Shown here: positions 26,247 through 38,231 of the stretch, in pieces
How the letters are laid out: each line of letters opens with the position of its first letter
How positions within the stretch are numbered: the stretch's first letter is position 1
Source: Cladosporium halotolerans
Taxonomy: Eukaryota
Reading direction: 5' to 3'
NCBI RefSeq assembly: GCF_011745625.1
Contig: NW_027191453.1
Coordinates: forward strand, 496,001 to 560,000
DNA: 64,000 nucleotides
The notes under the pieces: generated by a model
The model's input: the letters and a program-made list of their open reading frames with translations, nothing else
What the model was told of the DNA's origin: nothing
Databases searched by the model: none
Translations under genes and position numbers: made by a program

Positions 26247-29200
26247 GGTTGAAGGAGATGTTGTTGTCGCTCTCGTGTAGGGGTGTTGTGTTGTGTTTCC
26301 GTGTGTTAGGGGAAAGGTAGGTTGGTTGGTGGTGCAGGGAGAGCGAGTGGAGGCGGACAAGGAGCAGTCACACGAATGTGCAGCCAAGAGCCTTTTGAGG
26401 GTGGTGAATGGGGAGGGGAGAGCAACATGGCGGGCGGGCAGGTGACCTTTATGAGGCGGCGGCGATGCCAGTGCCTGCGCATGTGAGGCGCCTCTTCCTG
26501 GGCCACCTGGGGAAGGCACGAACAATGCGGGGCGCTCGATGGGGGAAGGCGCGGCAGAAGCACGTGCCGCCGGTCGCGAACGCAGACCATTGGTCGGTGG
26601 GGCGGATTAGCGGGCTAGCGCGCACGGTGGCGGCGAGCTAAAGGACAAGCGAGCGTGACCTCCGGCCTGCCTGGCCCAGCACGCGCATCACCGCGACCGC
26701 GCGGGCCTTGGGCTGCGCGCGCCGGCGGCGCCTTCACTACAGCGTGCTGACAGAGCGCGGAGTTTGGGTGGAGTTGTAGTGGCGTTGACCATGAGTGCCC
26801 AGCGGCTGTGAGTGCCCAGTGTGCTCGCTCACTGCCCAGCGCGCGCGCGCCCGCAGGCGTTGCTGGGTGAAGACGGCGCGCCACATGGCTCCCCGACCTG
26901 CTGCTCTCCAGCGCGCGTCTACCCGTCTGGGGTCGCCCCTCTGGGGACTTCCAGCTGCTGTTCCAGCCGGGCGTGCCAGGCACAGGAGGCACGCTCCGAT
27001 CGTACAACGGCTCCGAGCTAGTCACGCTGCCCGCTGCCCGCCACCCGCCAGTCCCATTATTTGGCCTCGCCCTTCATTTTTGTGTCTATTTTAGCGAGAT
27101 TGCGCACTGCCTATACCTCTCGTCATCATCTGTTTCGCCCGAGCCGCAGACTTGAACCCATCTCCACGCCGAGGCCCGCCGCACGGCCGGCTCCCGTAAA
27201 ACATTTTTCAGTACTCGCGACGCAGCGGACGGGTCGTGCGTGCGTGCGTGCTGGCTGCTCATCGCCAATACGCCGCCCGCATCTGGTCATGCACTCGCCT
27301 GCTCGCTTGCACATGTCAGATGGCCCTGCGCGGGCCCGTCCGCGCCCCTTTCACGCATCCGGCGCGAAGGGCGTCTCGACGGCGACGCGGATTGGGCGCG
27401 CGCGGTGGTGTAGGTAGCATCTGAATTCCGCGCGAGTGACCCGGCAACCCCATCTTCCTCACGCACCTCTCAGCCGCATATGCAACCCGGCGGCGGCGGG
27501 GCAGAGCGTCTCATCTCGGTCCGCGCACCGCGCACCACGCACCATGTCGCCGCCCGCCGTCGTCACAACACGAGCGCGCGCGCGCGGGCGGTTTGGCCTG
27601 GTCGTCGCCCGGGTGCAACCCTGACGTGTGGCACCACCTGTTTGTGTCGCGCGCGGCTTGGCGCTCACCGCGGCCGCGCCCTGCGAGTCGGTGGCGAGCG
27701 CCGGCGGATGCCATGGTGCAACTGCCAACCAAGCGTGCGGTGCGGCTCAAGCAATGGTGGAGTGGGGACGCGGCGGGCGTGGCAGGTAAGAAGCTACAAT
27801 TAGCTGGGGTTGGCGGGAGGGTCGAAGGGGGTTCCAGAAGGATTTAGCGTGCAGCGCGAGGGTGGCCGCTGGGTGGTGCCTTGGGGCCAAGGCTAGCTGG
27901 GATAGGGTCGAGTGCCGAGGGTCGCAAGAGCGGGACGCCGCGCCGGTGGCACGCAGAGGCTCGAGGCGGCCTGAGGCGGACCAGCCAAAAGCTTGCGGCG
28001 CACCAGCAGCGGCCAGCAGCAAGGGGACGCGAGTGGAGGGCAGGCGGAGTGGAGCATGGAGAAAAAACGGGAGGGCTGCGGATCCCCTCGTGTCGTCCGC
28101 ACAGTAGTGCACACTCTCCAGGCCCTCCAGATTTGCTCCCCATGGCACAATCGGGCCTTCTCACCACTCCCAAGGCGCGCGGCCCACGACACTATTGCGC
28201 GCTCACACACTACACCGCCGCCTGCCGCTGAGACTCCACCGCGCCGCCGCCGCCGCCGCCGCCATCTCTTGCTCCATCCCACTGCGGCGCCTCTGCGTGG
28301 CATCATGTGCTCGCCGTGTCCGCTTGACCCGCGGTCGCCGCTCGATCTCTGACTCAAATCTTAACTGCGCCGCCTTAGATCGCTTGGCTGCCATACCGCT
28401 TACCGCTTGCGGCTACGGCGTCCGGTTCTGCCAAAGAATCACGCGACGGCCGCTTTTTCGGCATGTCTGCACGGCGCGATGCGCGTGTCAGCGCATGCAA
28501 GACATCCTTCAGCACCTCCGCAAGGGCTCCCTCCCTTCGCGAGACATAACAAAGGACGCGGCGCGCAGCCGGTACCCGAGTTAAGCGAGCCCTCGGCGGG
28601 GCATCTGCGCCCTTCTCACGTGCTGAGGGACTGCTCAATTATTGCTCGCGCGCGATTAACGACAGTGCGTCTTTCGCTTATTCGCAGCATCCTCTACCGG
28701 GCACATCAAAGCTCCCTTCACACGCAGAGCTACCGGTGCGGCCGCTGGCCGGCCGCGCACAAAGAACGCCAGAATGTCATCGCCATCGTGTGACTTTCTT
28801 GCCCTTCCCTGACAAATTTTCCTCTTTGTCGTCTCGCCTCGCCACGCCACGCCATCATTCCCGTCCCCTTTCCCTTTCCTTGCCGCGCGACAGGCAAGCC
28901 CGGTGGAGTCGCGCCGGCCGGCACTTGGTGGGCATCCCGCCATGTGGCTCTGTCGCCGCGCCGAAGCGCTACCTTACAAGACGTCCAGGCTCTTCGGCGA
29001 TCTCCATCGGCTCTTGACGGAAGGCTAACCCACGTTGCGGCAACAACTCTCGACAACGGCTTGGTAGCCGTTTGAGGGCAAAGCCACACGACAGGGTTCG
29101 GTCTGTAATGGGGCAGAGGGAGAAGAAAATAAAAAAAAGTTGATCGCACGATGCGGTAGGGCTTCCCCCAAACTCTCTCCTACGAGTCTGCGACTGATGC

Positions 29201-29506
29201 TCGGCCCACCGCGGAGTTTTGCCCCTGCCTTATTCTCCGGCCATGCGGGATGAATTTCACGAGCCGAGTCATGCCCTCCGCACGCCTGCCCTTTCGCGAA
29301 AAGAAAACCAACCAAGTCCAATCACCGAACCCAGCCCTACTCACAGTACCTTTAGTCCAGAGCGAGCTGATTTCCGTTGAGCCCTCCAACCCTGCCCCTC
29401 CCAAACACCTTCCTCCCAAATCTCCCTGCCCTCCCCCAATCTCAACAAACCACGCCTCTCTCCCCACACACACACACCCCACCATCCCTCCCCCCCCCCC
29501 CCGCCT

Positions 29507-30589
29507 CTACCGCCTCCGACTCCCCCCAAAACCCGTCGACTCGTACGTCGCCCCGCTCAAACCCCCAGGCGGAGAAGACGAGCTCGCCCCTCCGCTCCGG
29601 AACGACGGCCGCGACGCGCTCTGCCCGCCACCGCCTCCGAACCAATTCGACGGCCCCGCCTGCCCTTGCTGCGGCGCGTTGCGACTCCCCATGGCGTAGC
29701 CTGCTGCTGCGCCGGTCGCGGCGCCGGTGAAGAAGCCTGGGCGCCAGGAGGATGGGTTGGAGGAGGTGGAAGAGCGAGGCGAGGGTTTGGCGTGGGGAGT
29801 GTAGGGCGGGGGAGGGTCGTCGTGGCCGTCGTCGTTGTCGTTGTTGTCGTCGTAGCCGTGGCCGCCGGTGTTGGGGGTTCGGCGGCGTCGGGGATGAGGG
29901 ACGGCGCCGCCGCCGTTGTTTGTGAAGACCGAGCGGAGGATCAGAGCGACGATTCCTGGGAGTGGTGAGGGTTAGTGCCAATTTCTTTACCCCAGCCCAG
30001 TCCAGTCCATTCCAACACAAAAACAATCAAGAGAGGTAGCGCAAAAGCGAAAACAAAACAGAGAAAGAAACCCACCCAAAAATATCGCCCAAAACACAAC
30101 CTCAAACGCCCTCTCCCCCAACCCCTTCTCCCCCCCTCCTCCTCTTTCCCCGTCCCCAAACCCCCCCTTCTCCCCGCCATCCCCAAACCTCTCCCTCCCC
30201 CTCTCAGTAAGCACCAACCGATACTCAACCCCACAGCTCCCCTTGAGCACCCACTCGTCCTCCGGGCCCTCAAACCCCTCGCACACGACCTCCGTGCTCC
30301 CCAGCCTGAACTCCTCCGGCAGCTCCGCGCGGCACGTCCACTGGACGTCCTCTTTGCCGTACTCGGACCCGGCGTTCGTGCAGCGCATGACGTCGATCGT
30401 GTGCAGGGCGCAGGCGGAGCCGCCGACGCAGGTGAGTTGCGGGATGGGAGGGGTGCGTCGGGAGGTTGTGAGGGAGGCGGAGCGGAGGGTCAGGGCTTTA
30501 ATGCTGGAGAGGAGGATGGGGGAGGGGGTGGGAGGGGCTTGAGCGAGAGTGATGGGGAGGAGGGGGAGGAGGAGGTGGGTGGGCTTCAT
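29507..30589 (-). CDS. SARAF/TMEM66-family single-pass membrane protein, 2 exons (30589-30076, 29955-29507)
   Basis: Signal peptide; ALTL..TTSRR..PIPQLTCVGG..C..DVQWTC..VVCEG..VLKGSCGVEYRL luminal domain; one TM; cytosolic PPPPY; C-terminal STGFGGSRRR. Confidence 0.88.
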
Positions 30590-32234
30590 TGTTGGTTGGT
30601 TGGGTGGTGTTGTGAGGTTTGTTGTCGGGTTGTGCGCGTGTCGTCGTTGTGGGTGGGGATGTTCGAGAAGGTTGGTTTTTCCTGTTTGTTCGATAATCTC
30701 TTCGATGCTGTTAATTCAATCTTTCATGTTCCTTTCGCTCGTTTTCTGATTTGTATTGCAACTCGCCCTCGCCACCGAGTCGTTTGTTGCAACGTATATT
30801 CAATGTCCAAGGTCGGCCAGCTGTGGCGTCACTGGCGCCTGGAATGATCGGCGTTCGCTGCGTTGCTCTCGTACCGATGCGCACGATTGGGCACGTCGTC
30901 TGCTTCTTCAGCCCTACGAGGCAGGCTGACTTTCGCTTGATGAGACATCGACGGCGAGACGACGTACATAAGTAAATCAATCTACCACCAGCACGGATCT
31001 TCGGCGTGCTCTCGACAAGAGAACAATATGGTCCAAGTTTAAGATTAGAATTCTAGCGGCTTCTACTTCTGATGGCTCGTGCTCTTTTCTATGTAAGATC
31101 ACTGGATATCCTCTCTTACCTGGAACTTCGATTTCTGTCGGAGATATATAGTACGCTACAAAAGGTGATATGGCATGCATGGCTGGGTCAGCTAGCGGCA
31201 TTGAAGACTACCCACATCGACGGCATTCAACGCAATGGCAGCTGTTGTTATGTCAATTTGTTTCTTGTTCACTGTGTTGCGCTGTCTCTTGTTACTACAA
31301 TAAACCCCAATGGCGCGGTGAATTTTTGCGGATACTCAACCCTTTCGACACGACTGATAAAAACAAACACGCGATTGATAGAAATACATAACCGATAGAA
31401 GTTGAGTGATTCCTCCAAAGACCGATCCTAGGTAGGCCAGCGGAGAGCGAACCTTCTTTTCTTCTCGCATGTGTGGTATCGAAGTGGTTCTGAAGCGCAT
31501 AGCCAGGACCCCTCAGCGCGTGGCGCGTCACCATCGACGAGCGGCTATTAAGACAGGAAACCCCCAGGATACGTCCCCTACGACGTCTTCATGCTTTCTG
31601 GTCACCATTTTTTCCCGATGGTTAGTCTTGCTCCTCAAGGCTCATAGGTCTGGAGGGGCGTTGGGTGGTATGTCGTTAAAATTTGCTTCAATGTGCAATT
31701 GGGGTAGAGGTTCAACACCCTTCAAGTGACATTTCTGGGGATGTATTGAGACCTCAGTACGTGTAACAAAAACGGTAGAATGTCCCTCTGTGTGAGGTGA
31801 TGTGGCTTTCGAGCAAGGGATTTGGAAGACCGGTGGAGGTGTGTGTGGCACAGCTTCGGAAACTGCAGTTGCTAAATCCTGCAAGGGAGATTGCATTGTC
31901 ACTGCATGGAGAAGGCGGGACTGTTACTCAAAGGTGCATTTGCTATGCCAACGAATTCGTACCCGCCCCTTGATGTCGTTGCAGGGGTATCATACTCCCA
32001 CTCTCGGCCCCATGTCCTGTCGTGCTGCCCACTGGCATGTCACTGAGTGTGACATCGTTTACGTCTTGGTTGCGCATCTCAGACCGCAACTTCATCTTGA
32101 CCCGGTCCAACGTCAACCGAGTATTGTGTGTTCCGCCGGCAGAATTGGCGCATGCACGCTTCATCCATCGCGCAATCCCTTCGCCCAAGCGTTTAACCCT
32201 CCCCACGAATCTCAAGAAAAAAGCCTCACACCCT

Positions 32235-32867
32235 TCAAGCCTTCGCCTTCGCCGCCAACCCCCCCTCAACATCCCTCAACAACGCCTCCAGCTCCCCCAA
32301 ATTCGCCTTCTCCGGCCCCGCCCTCTCGAACTCCACCCCCTGCCTCAACCAATCCCTCGCCTCCTCCAACCTCCCCATCTCCTTCAAACACTGCCCCCGC
32401 CTCCACCACCCCTTCACGTTCCCCACCCTCTTCATCTCCGTGCTGATCTTCGCGTCCAGCGCCCCCTCCGGCCACGCCTGCTGCCCCATCATCGCCTGCG
32501 CGCGGTTGCCATGCAGCGCGCTCAGCTCCTCGCGCACGAGCCCCGACGCCTCCCACGGCGGCCGGTCGAGCGCCATGCGGATCGCCAGGTCGTACATTTT
32601 GACGGCTTCCGCGAAGGCGCCCTTTTTGAACGACGCGTTGCCGCTCTCGCGCAGCTTGCCGATCTGCACGCTGCGCTTGGGGTTCACGGGCGCGGGCGGC
32701 GGGATGTTTTGGTTGGGTGTGTCGAGCGCCACGATGTGGCGGTGGAAGCGGTTGAGTTCGTCCAGGTGGTCGGCGAGGTTGGTGTTAGGGCTCGAGAGGG
32801 CTTTGGTTTCGGCGTCGAGGTGGAGGGGGAGGAGGGTGAAGGTTTCGGGGCCTTCGGGGGCGGCCAT
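32235..32867 (-). CDS. SEC72: Sec62/63 translocon subunit Sec72 (TPR)
   Basis: ETFTLLPLHLD, PPPAPVNPKRSVQIGKLRESGN, MALDRPPWE, NRAQA and KGWWRRGQCL. Confidence 0.85.
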   Translation of the reverse strand: MAAPEGPETFTLLPLHLDAETKALSSPNTNLADHLDELNRFHRHIVALDTPNQNIPPPAPVNPKRSVQIGKLRESGNASFKKGAFAEAVKMYDLAIRMALDRPPWEASGLVREELSALHGNRAQAMMGQQAWPEGALDAKISTEMKRVGNVKGWWRRGQCLKEMGRLEEARDWLRQGVEFERAGPEKANLGELEALLRDVEGGLAAKAKA

Positions 32868-33472
32868 GGTTGTGGGAGATGGTTTGGTTTTTCTTTTTGT
32901 AGTGTGTTTGGTGGGATGTGAGTTAGGTCGAGTAAGTGTGTGTCTGAAGTTCAATGTTCGAATGTAGCGTCGCGGCAACGAAGTCAAGATGACAGCTAAT
33001 CACATGCAAGGAAGGCAGGTCCGCTGCAGGCGCTAGGCGGTACCCCAGACGTCTGCGTCGGAGGGACGGGAGATCGGGAGCTAAGCTGTTGGAGGAAACA
33101 TCTAAACAAATCGCTGGGTATAAGTTTAGAAACGTAGGCGCTGTGGGTATATTGACCAGCGCCGTTTCAGCGTGTTCAGCACGTCTCAGGTCGTCTCGAA
33201 CCCTGCGAACGGCCTGGAGCCCTCGCATCACCCACCCACACACCTCTCCCCGCCGCTTCACCTCACGACCGTGCTCGACACGTCAGCAACGAACGGCTGA
33301 GGCGTAGCACCAAGCCCGCAGAACAGCAGTAGTGCACATCCCTCCGCGCACGTCCTGTATACACCACTTCCTCTCCGTACATACCCCACCGCTCCCTGTC
33401 CACCACTCGCCGTATCCTGTCCGCAGGCCACCCAATCCGACGAGGCTCTCCCCTCAACCCCCGCCGCCCACC

Positions 33473-34520
33473 ATGCGCATCGAACAGACCTACTTCCAAA
33501 AAGCCAAAACCCTCTTCCACGCCTTCCAAGCCCTCTTCACCTTCGTCGCCGGCTGCCTCGCCCTCGCCATCCTCACCAAAGCCGGCAACCATGGCGGCCA
33601 AGTCGGATTCTACTTCGCTCTCGTGAGGCCTACCCTACCACACCCACCTACTGTAACAATCCCCTCCAGCTCCCCACTAACAACCCCAACAGTGCTTCCT
33701 CAGCATCCCCGCCCTCATCTACCAAGTGATGGTCCCCATGTGGACGCGCGCCTGGCGCCTCGCGAACGTCTACGCCTACCTCGCGCTCGACCTCCTCTTC
33801 GCCCTCCTCTGGTTCGCCGCCACCGTCGCCCTCGGCGTCTGGCAGGCGAACGGCATCAAGCAAGGCGCCAAGGACCACGCGGACGACGACGAGGGCGCGG
33901 ACTCCGAAGGCGACTGCGCGACCTGGGCCTACGGCAGCGCCTCCAAGTGCAAAGTCGCCAAGGCCGGCGTCGGCTTCGGCGTCGTGGTGTTCCTGCTCTG
34001 GTGCTTGACGAGCGCGGTCAGTGTCTGGATGGTCAACAAGTATCGCAAGACGGGCGTCGTGCCCGGAGCGAAGAATGGGGGACGAGGAGCTTTCCAGCCG
34101 CAGCCGTTGGACGAGTCGGGCAAGGACGCTTGGTCGACGCGCATCGATGAGCCGGACGATGAGGATGGGGAAGGTGCGCCGGACGAGAGGAGGAAGTACG
34201 GCCAGGTGCCGGAGTACGATGAGCAGGAGCACGGGTACAACAACGGTGGAGGGGGAGCAGGGCTGCTGAGGACGACGTCGGACCGTAGTAACTTGGACGT
34301 GCACCCGGGCAGGCGCTCGCCGATGGATTCGGACGCGAGGAGCACGGCGCCTTCGGGGTACGAGGATGGGATGGCGCCGAGTGCGCTGAGCCCGACGGGC
34401 GTGACGAGTCCGATGGGGTTTGGGCAGGGGTACGGGCAGATTAATCCGTTTGCGAACCCGGATCCGTATGAGGCGCAGCAGCCGGGCGGGAGGGTGCAGT
34501 TCCCGCCGGCGAATTATTGA
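33473..34520 (+). CDS. MARVEL-like four-TM membrane protein, 2 exons (33473-33622, 33693-34520)
   Basis: Four hydrophobic helices including ALDLLFALLWFAATVAL and C..KAGVGFGVVVFLLW; acidic tail ending GRVQFPPANY. Canonical intron with CTAAC. Confidence 0.8.
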
Positions 34521-34708
34521 GGTGGGAGGAAACGGTGGTGTGAAATCTTGTTGGTTTGATTTTCTCTGTCTTTTTGATTGTTTGGGGAAGCGAGCATGGC
34601 GTTCCGCAGGTGTTTCTGTCTCTTTTCTAGTCCTCCGGCCGCGATTCTGGCAACCGGCAAAACAAAGCAAAAGCATAACATAGTTGTATTGTACCCAGGC
34701 ATACTCAT

Positions 34709-35458
34709 TCATGCCTCCCTCTCCTCCCTCTTCCTAAGCACCAACCCAAACCAAACCCTCCTCCCCACCCACTTCCTCGCGCCCTTCCTCACCCCCTCCC
34801 CAAACCCCTCCAGCATCCCCTCATCGACCTCCACCTCCCTCACATCCCCCACACGCTCCAACCCCGCCTCCCTCGCCGCCTCAACACTCTCCCGCACCCC
34901 GTGCACGAAACTCTCCCCCTTCAACCGCACCCCGCCCTCGTCCTTGAACCCCGCCTGCGTCCCCGCGCCCATGTCAGGGTGCATGTTCGTCACGGCCGCG
35001 AGGCCGCCTGGCTTGAGCAGCGACGCGAGCGTGCGGAAGTACGTCTGCAGCGGGATGTGCTCGAGGACCAGCGTGCTGGTCACGCCGTCGAAGGCTGCGT
35101 CGGGCAGCGTGGAGGAGGAGGGCGAGAAGGGGTCGCAGAGCGCGAAGCTGACGGTGTCGGGGCACTTGGCGCGCGCGACGGCGAGCATGGCGGCGCTGGA
35201 GTCGCAGGCTGTGAGGGCTGGTGGGTTGGGCCAGGGGTGCGCGGCGAGGAGGAGGGTTGTGCGGCCGGTGCCGGAGCCGAGGTCGAGGAGGGTGAGGGGT
35301 TCGGTGTTTGGGCGTTGGGAGAGGAGGGCGGAGAGGGTGGGGAGGAGGGAGGTGGTGAGCTGGGCACTGTCGATTGCTTGCAGGATGTTGCCGTCTGTGT
35401 CGTAGGTAGGCGCCCAGAGGGTGTAGAGGTCGGAGGTTGTGTGGTTTGTGGAGGCCAT
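34709..35458 (-). CDS. Class I SAM-dependent methyltransferase
   Basis: YTLWAPTYDTDGNILQAID, motif I LLDLGSGTGR, DSSAAML, FDGVTSTLVLEH and LKPGG. Confidence 0.88.
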   Translation of the reverse strand: MASTNHTTSDLYTLWAPTYDTDGNILQAIDSAQLTTSLLPTLSALLSQRPNTEPLTLLDLGSGTGRTTLLLAAHPWPNPPALTACDSSAAMLAVARAKCPDTVSFALCDPFSPSSSTLPDAAFDGVTSTLVLEHIPLQTYFRTLASLLKPGGLAAVTNMHPDMGAGTQAGFKDEGGVRLKGESFVHGVRESVEAAREAGLERVGDVREVEVDEGMLEGFGEGVRKGARKWVGRRVWFGLVLRKREEREA

Positions 35459-36543
35459 TGTTGGTCTTGTGCTGGGTTGGTGGTGGTCTCTGATTGTTGT
35501 GGTAAGTGATTCAGACACAGTGGAAGTAAGCAGTCGTGGAGTCGGTGTACTGAGAGCGGTGATCAATCTTATATTGTTGGGTGTTGCTTTTTGTGACTCT
35601 CAATTAAACTTTCTCACTTTGCCGCGTGGTAATTATGAGTCTTGTTGTATCGTCTTCATCTTTTCATGAAGATGCACCTACGTGCATGGTACTTTTGCCT
35701 TCCCATGTGTCCAAGTGGGTGCTCAGACATCTGTTGTCCTGTCTGTGTTTACAATGGTCAGTGGGCAAAAGCATGGTGGTCTGCAGGTAGCTTCCTGAAA
35801 GACGACAAAAGCTTGGAAGATGCCCGTCTCCGCGGACCCTCGCATCTTTGCGAAAGAACCGTCACCGGCAACACCAATCTCAGTCGCAATCCGTGGCACT
35901 CGGCGAACGTCTGGAAGGCCTTCGGATGACTTGGCAGAGGAGTGAAGGGTCGGAGGCGTACGGATGTGCTGGACGATGGCGAGACATCGTCCGCCCACGA
36001 GGCTCCCACCAGGCTCCGGATGCCCGCAGAGGCTGGCAGACGGCGGCAGTGGACGGGTGACTAAAGCGGACATCCGATTGGCGTCGGATGATAGCGAGAA
36101 GCGTCAGCAGCGCAGGCGCTCGCAGATCGTTCGCATGCCGGGCTGCAGGGCAGCGGCCGGGTAAAGATTCTTCCAGAGTTAAATGGCTGGCTCGTTGTGC
36201 GGGGCAAGACTTTGGAGAAGCGGCCACGGCTTTGTCGCGCGTGGCGGGGCTGGATGATTGACAGCCCGCGCGTCACTCATTCTCCCATCCCAAAGCCGCG
36301 CTCAATGCCGTCCATCGACGCCGAAGTCCCTGCCGACGCCATCATGTGCGAACCGCGCCCTTGTCTGACACACCACATAAAGATCGTCTGCGCCCGTAGG
36401 TGGATTTCCTTCCAGCTCCAGTTCTCATTTCAATCGCCCTCTCCCAACTCCCTCATCCCTCCAACGCCACCTCTTCCTTGATATATCGCAACCACCAAGT
36501 ACATCCCTTATCCAAAAAGGTCTCCGGCCAGCACCACAGCACA

Positions 36544-37629
36544 ATGTCCACCCAACAGCACGCCGACGCCCCTGCGGCCACCCACAAGTACGACCCCAAC
36601 TTCACCCAGAACGTCATCGACACCTGCGGCCCCAACACCAGCCCTCGCTTCAAGCAGATCTTCGCCTCCGCTGTCCGCCACCTCCACGACTTCACAAGGG
36701 AGGTCGACCTCACTCCGGAGGAGTGGCTCGAGGGTGTCAACTTCTTCAACGAGGTCGGCAAGACCTGGGCCGAGTCCAATGGCAAGCGCAACGAGATGCA
36801 CAGAATGTGCGATCTTGTCGGTCTTGAATCGTGAGTACTAGATATCATCTGATTCTCAGTCACCCTCAATCTAACTTTTTTCACAGCCTCGTCACTGAAA
36901 TCGCAAACTACGTCGAGACCGAAGACCCCAACTACGCTCCCACCTCCGCTGCCATCCTCGGTCCCTTCTGGTCTCCCAACGCTCCCTGGCGCCAGCTCGG
37001 TGACTCCATCATTCAAGATGCCCACGAGGGCCAGGTTACCTACATGCACGGTGTGGTTCGTGACCTCGTAACCCACGAGCCCATTCCCAACGTCACCTTC
37101 GACATGTGGCAGGCCAGCAGCAACGGCAAGTACGACTTCCAGGACCCGGCCCACACCGACAACAACCTGCGCGGCAAGTTCAAGACCGACGACAAGGGCG
37201 AGTACAGGCTCTACTGCCTCCGCCCGACCGCCTACTCCCTCCCCACCGACGGCCCCTCCTACAAGTTCCTCCAGGCCGTCGACCGCCACCCCATGAGGCC
37301 CGCCCACATCCACCTGATGGTAAGCTCTAATCTCCGCGCCCTCACCGTTCCGAGCCATTTCCTAACAACACCGTTCACAGGTCACCCACGACGCCTACAA
37401 GCCCGTCGTTACGCAGATCTACCCCAAGGACGACCCCTGGCTCGCGACCGACACCGTCTTCGCCGTCAAGGACGACCTTGTCGTCGACTTCAACCCCATC
37501 AAGAACCACCCGCCCACCGGCGAGCACACCGGCCCCGGCGGCCCCGCCACCCGCGAGCTCGAGCTGAACATCGTCCTCGCTCCCAAGGGCATGGCGGCTA
37601 ACAACGCTGATCCCGTGGAGAAGAAGTAA
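36544..37629 (+). CDS. Intradiol ring-cleavage dioxygenase (catechol/hydroxyquinol 1,2-dioxygenase), 3 exons (36544-36830, 36887-37319, 37381-37629)
   Basis: [56 protein letters not shown] and [11 protein letters not shown]; Tyr/Tyr/His/His iron ligands. Confidence 0.93.
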
Positions 37630-38231
37630 AAGATTGAGATCGATTGCATGATGAGGTTTATCTGGTTGGGCACATGATGTACATACGCGCCGCCGGTCTT
37701 GCTTGCATTTGGTTTTATTTGTTTAGATTTTGCCGCATTTTGAGCGAGTTAGCTGCATAGCACCGTTTACGAACAACAACGAAAAGAAAAAACAATTGAA
37801 AATAAATTCGCTACCGTCAGCTCCACGTTGCAAAATGAAGTCGAGTGCCCCGGCCATTACCAACGCTTTGTGACCACTCGACTGCACCCCGCAAGCACAC
37901 AGCAACGACACGCACTCTCCAGCACCGGCATGAAAACCATGCTATGAAGCTCCCTCCCGTGCGAAACCGAACACACTTGCCTGAGTCGGCGTTCGCGGAG
38001 CGACGCACGTCCCTACGCCTCTGAACATCTTGCCACACGATGAAGCAGACGGACCGAGCAAGCATCCACAGTGCAACCACATCCACATCTCCAGTCCCAA
38101 CAAGAGCAAATCTCACTGGATAACGAACCTACAGCGCTATCCGAACGCCCAATCACACGTCAAAAAACGCCAACGCCCTCCCAACCCTCATATCTCATCA
38201 CTAGTCCAAACAGCCCCTCCCTATCCACACC

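Noticed and set aside
30700..32200. Lower-GC spacer (also 57100-58200 and 1520-2480) as possible transposon relics or tRNA genes
   Set aside because: No terminal repeats, target-site duplications, transposase or RT motifs, or cloverleaf with A/B boxes could be identified.
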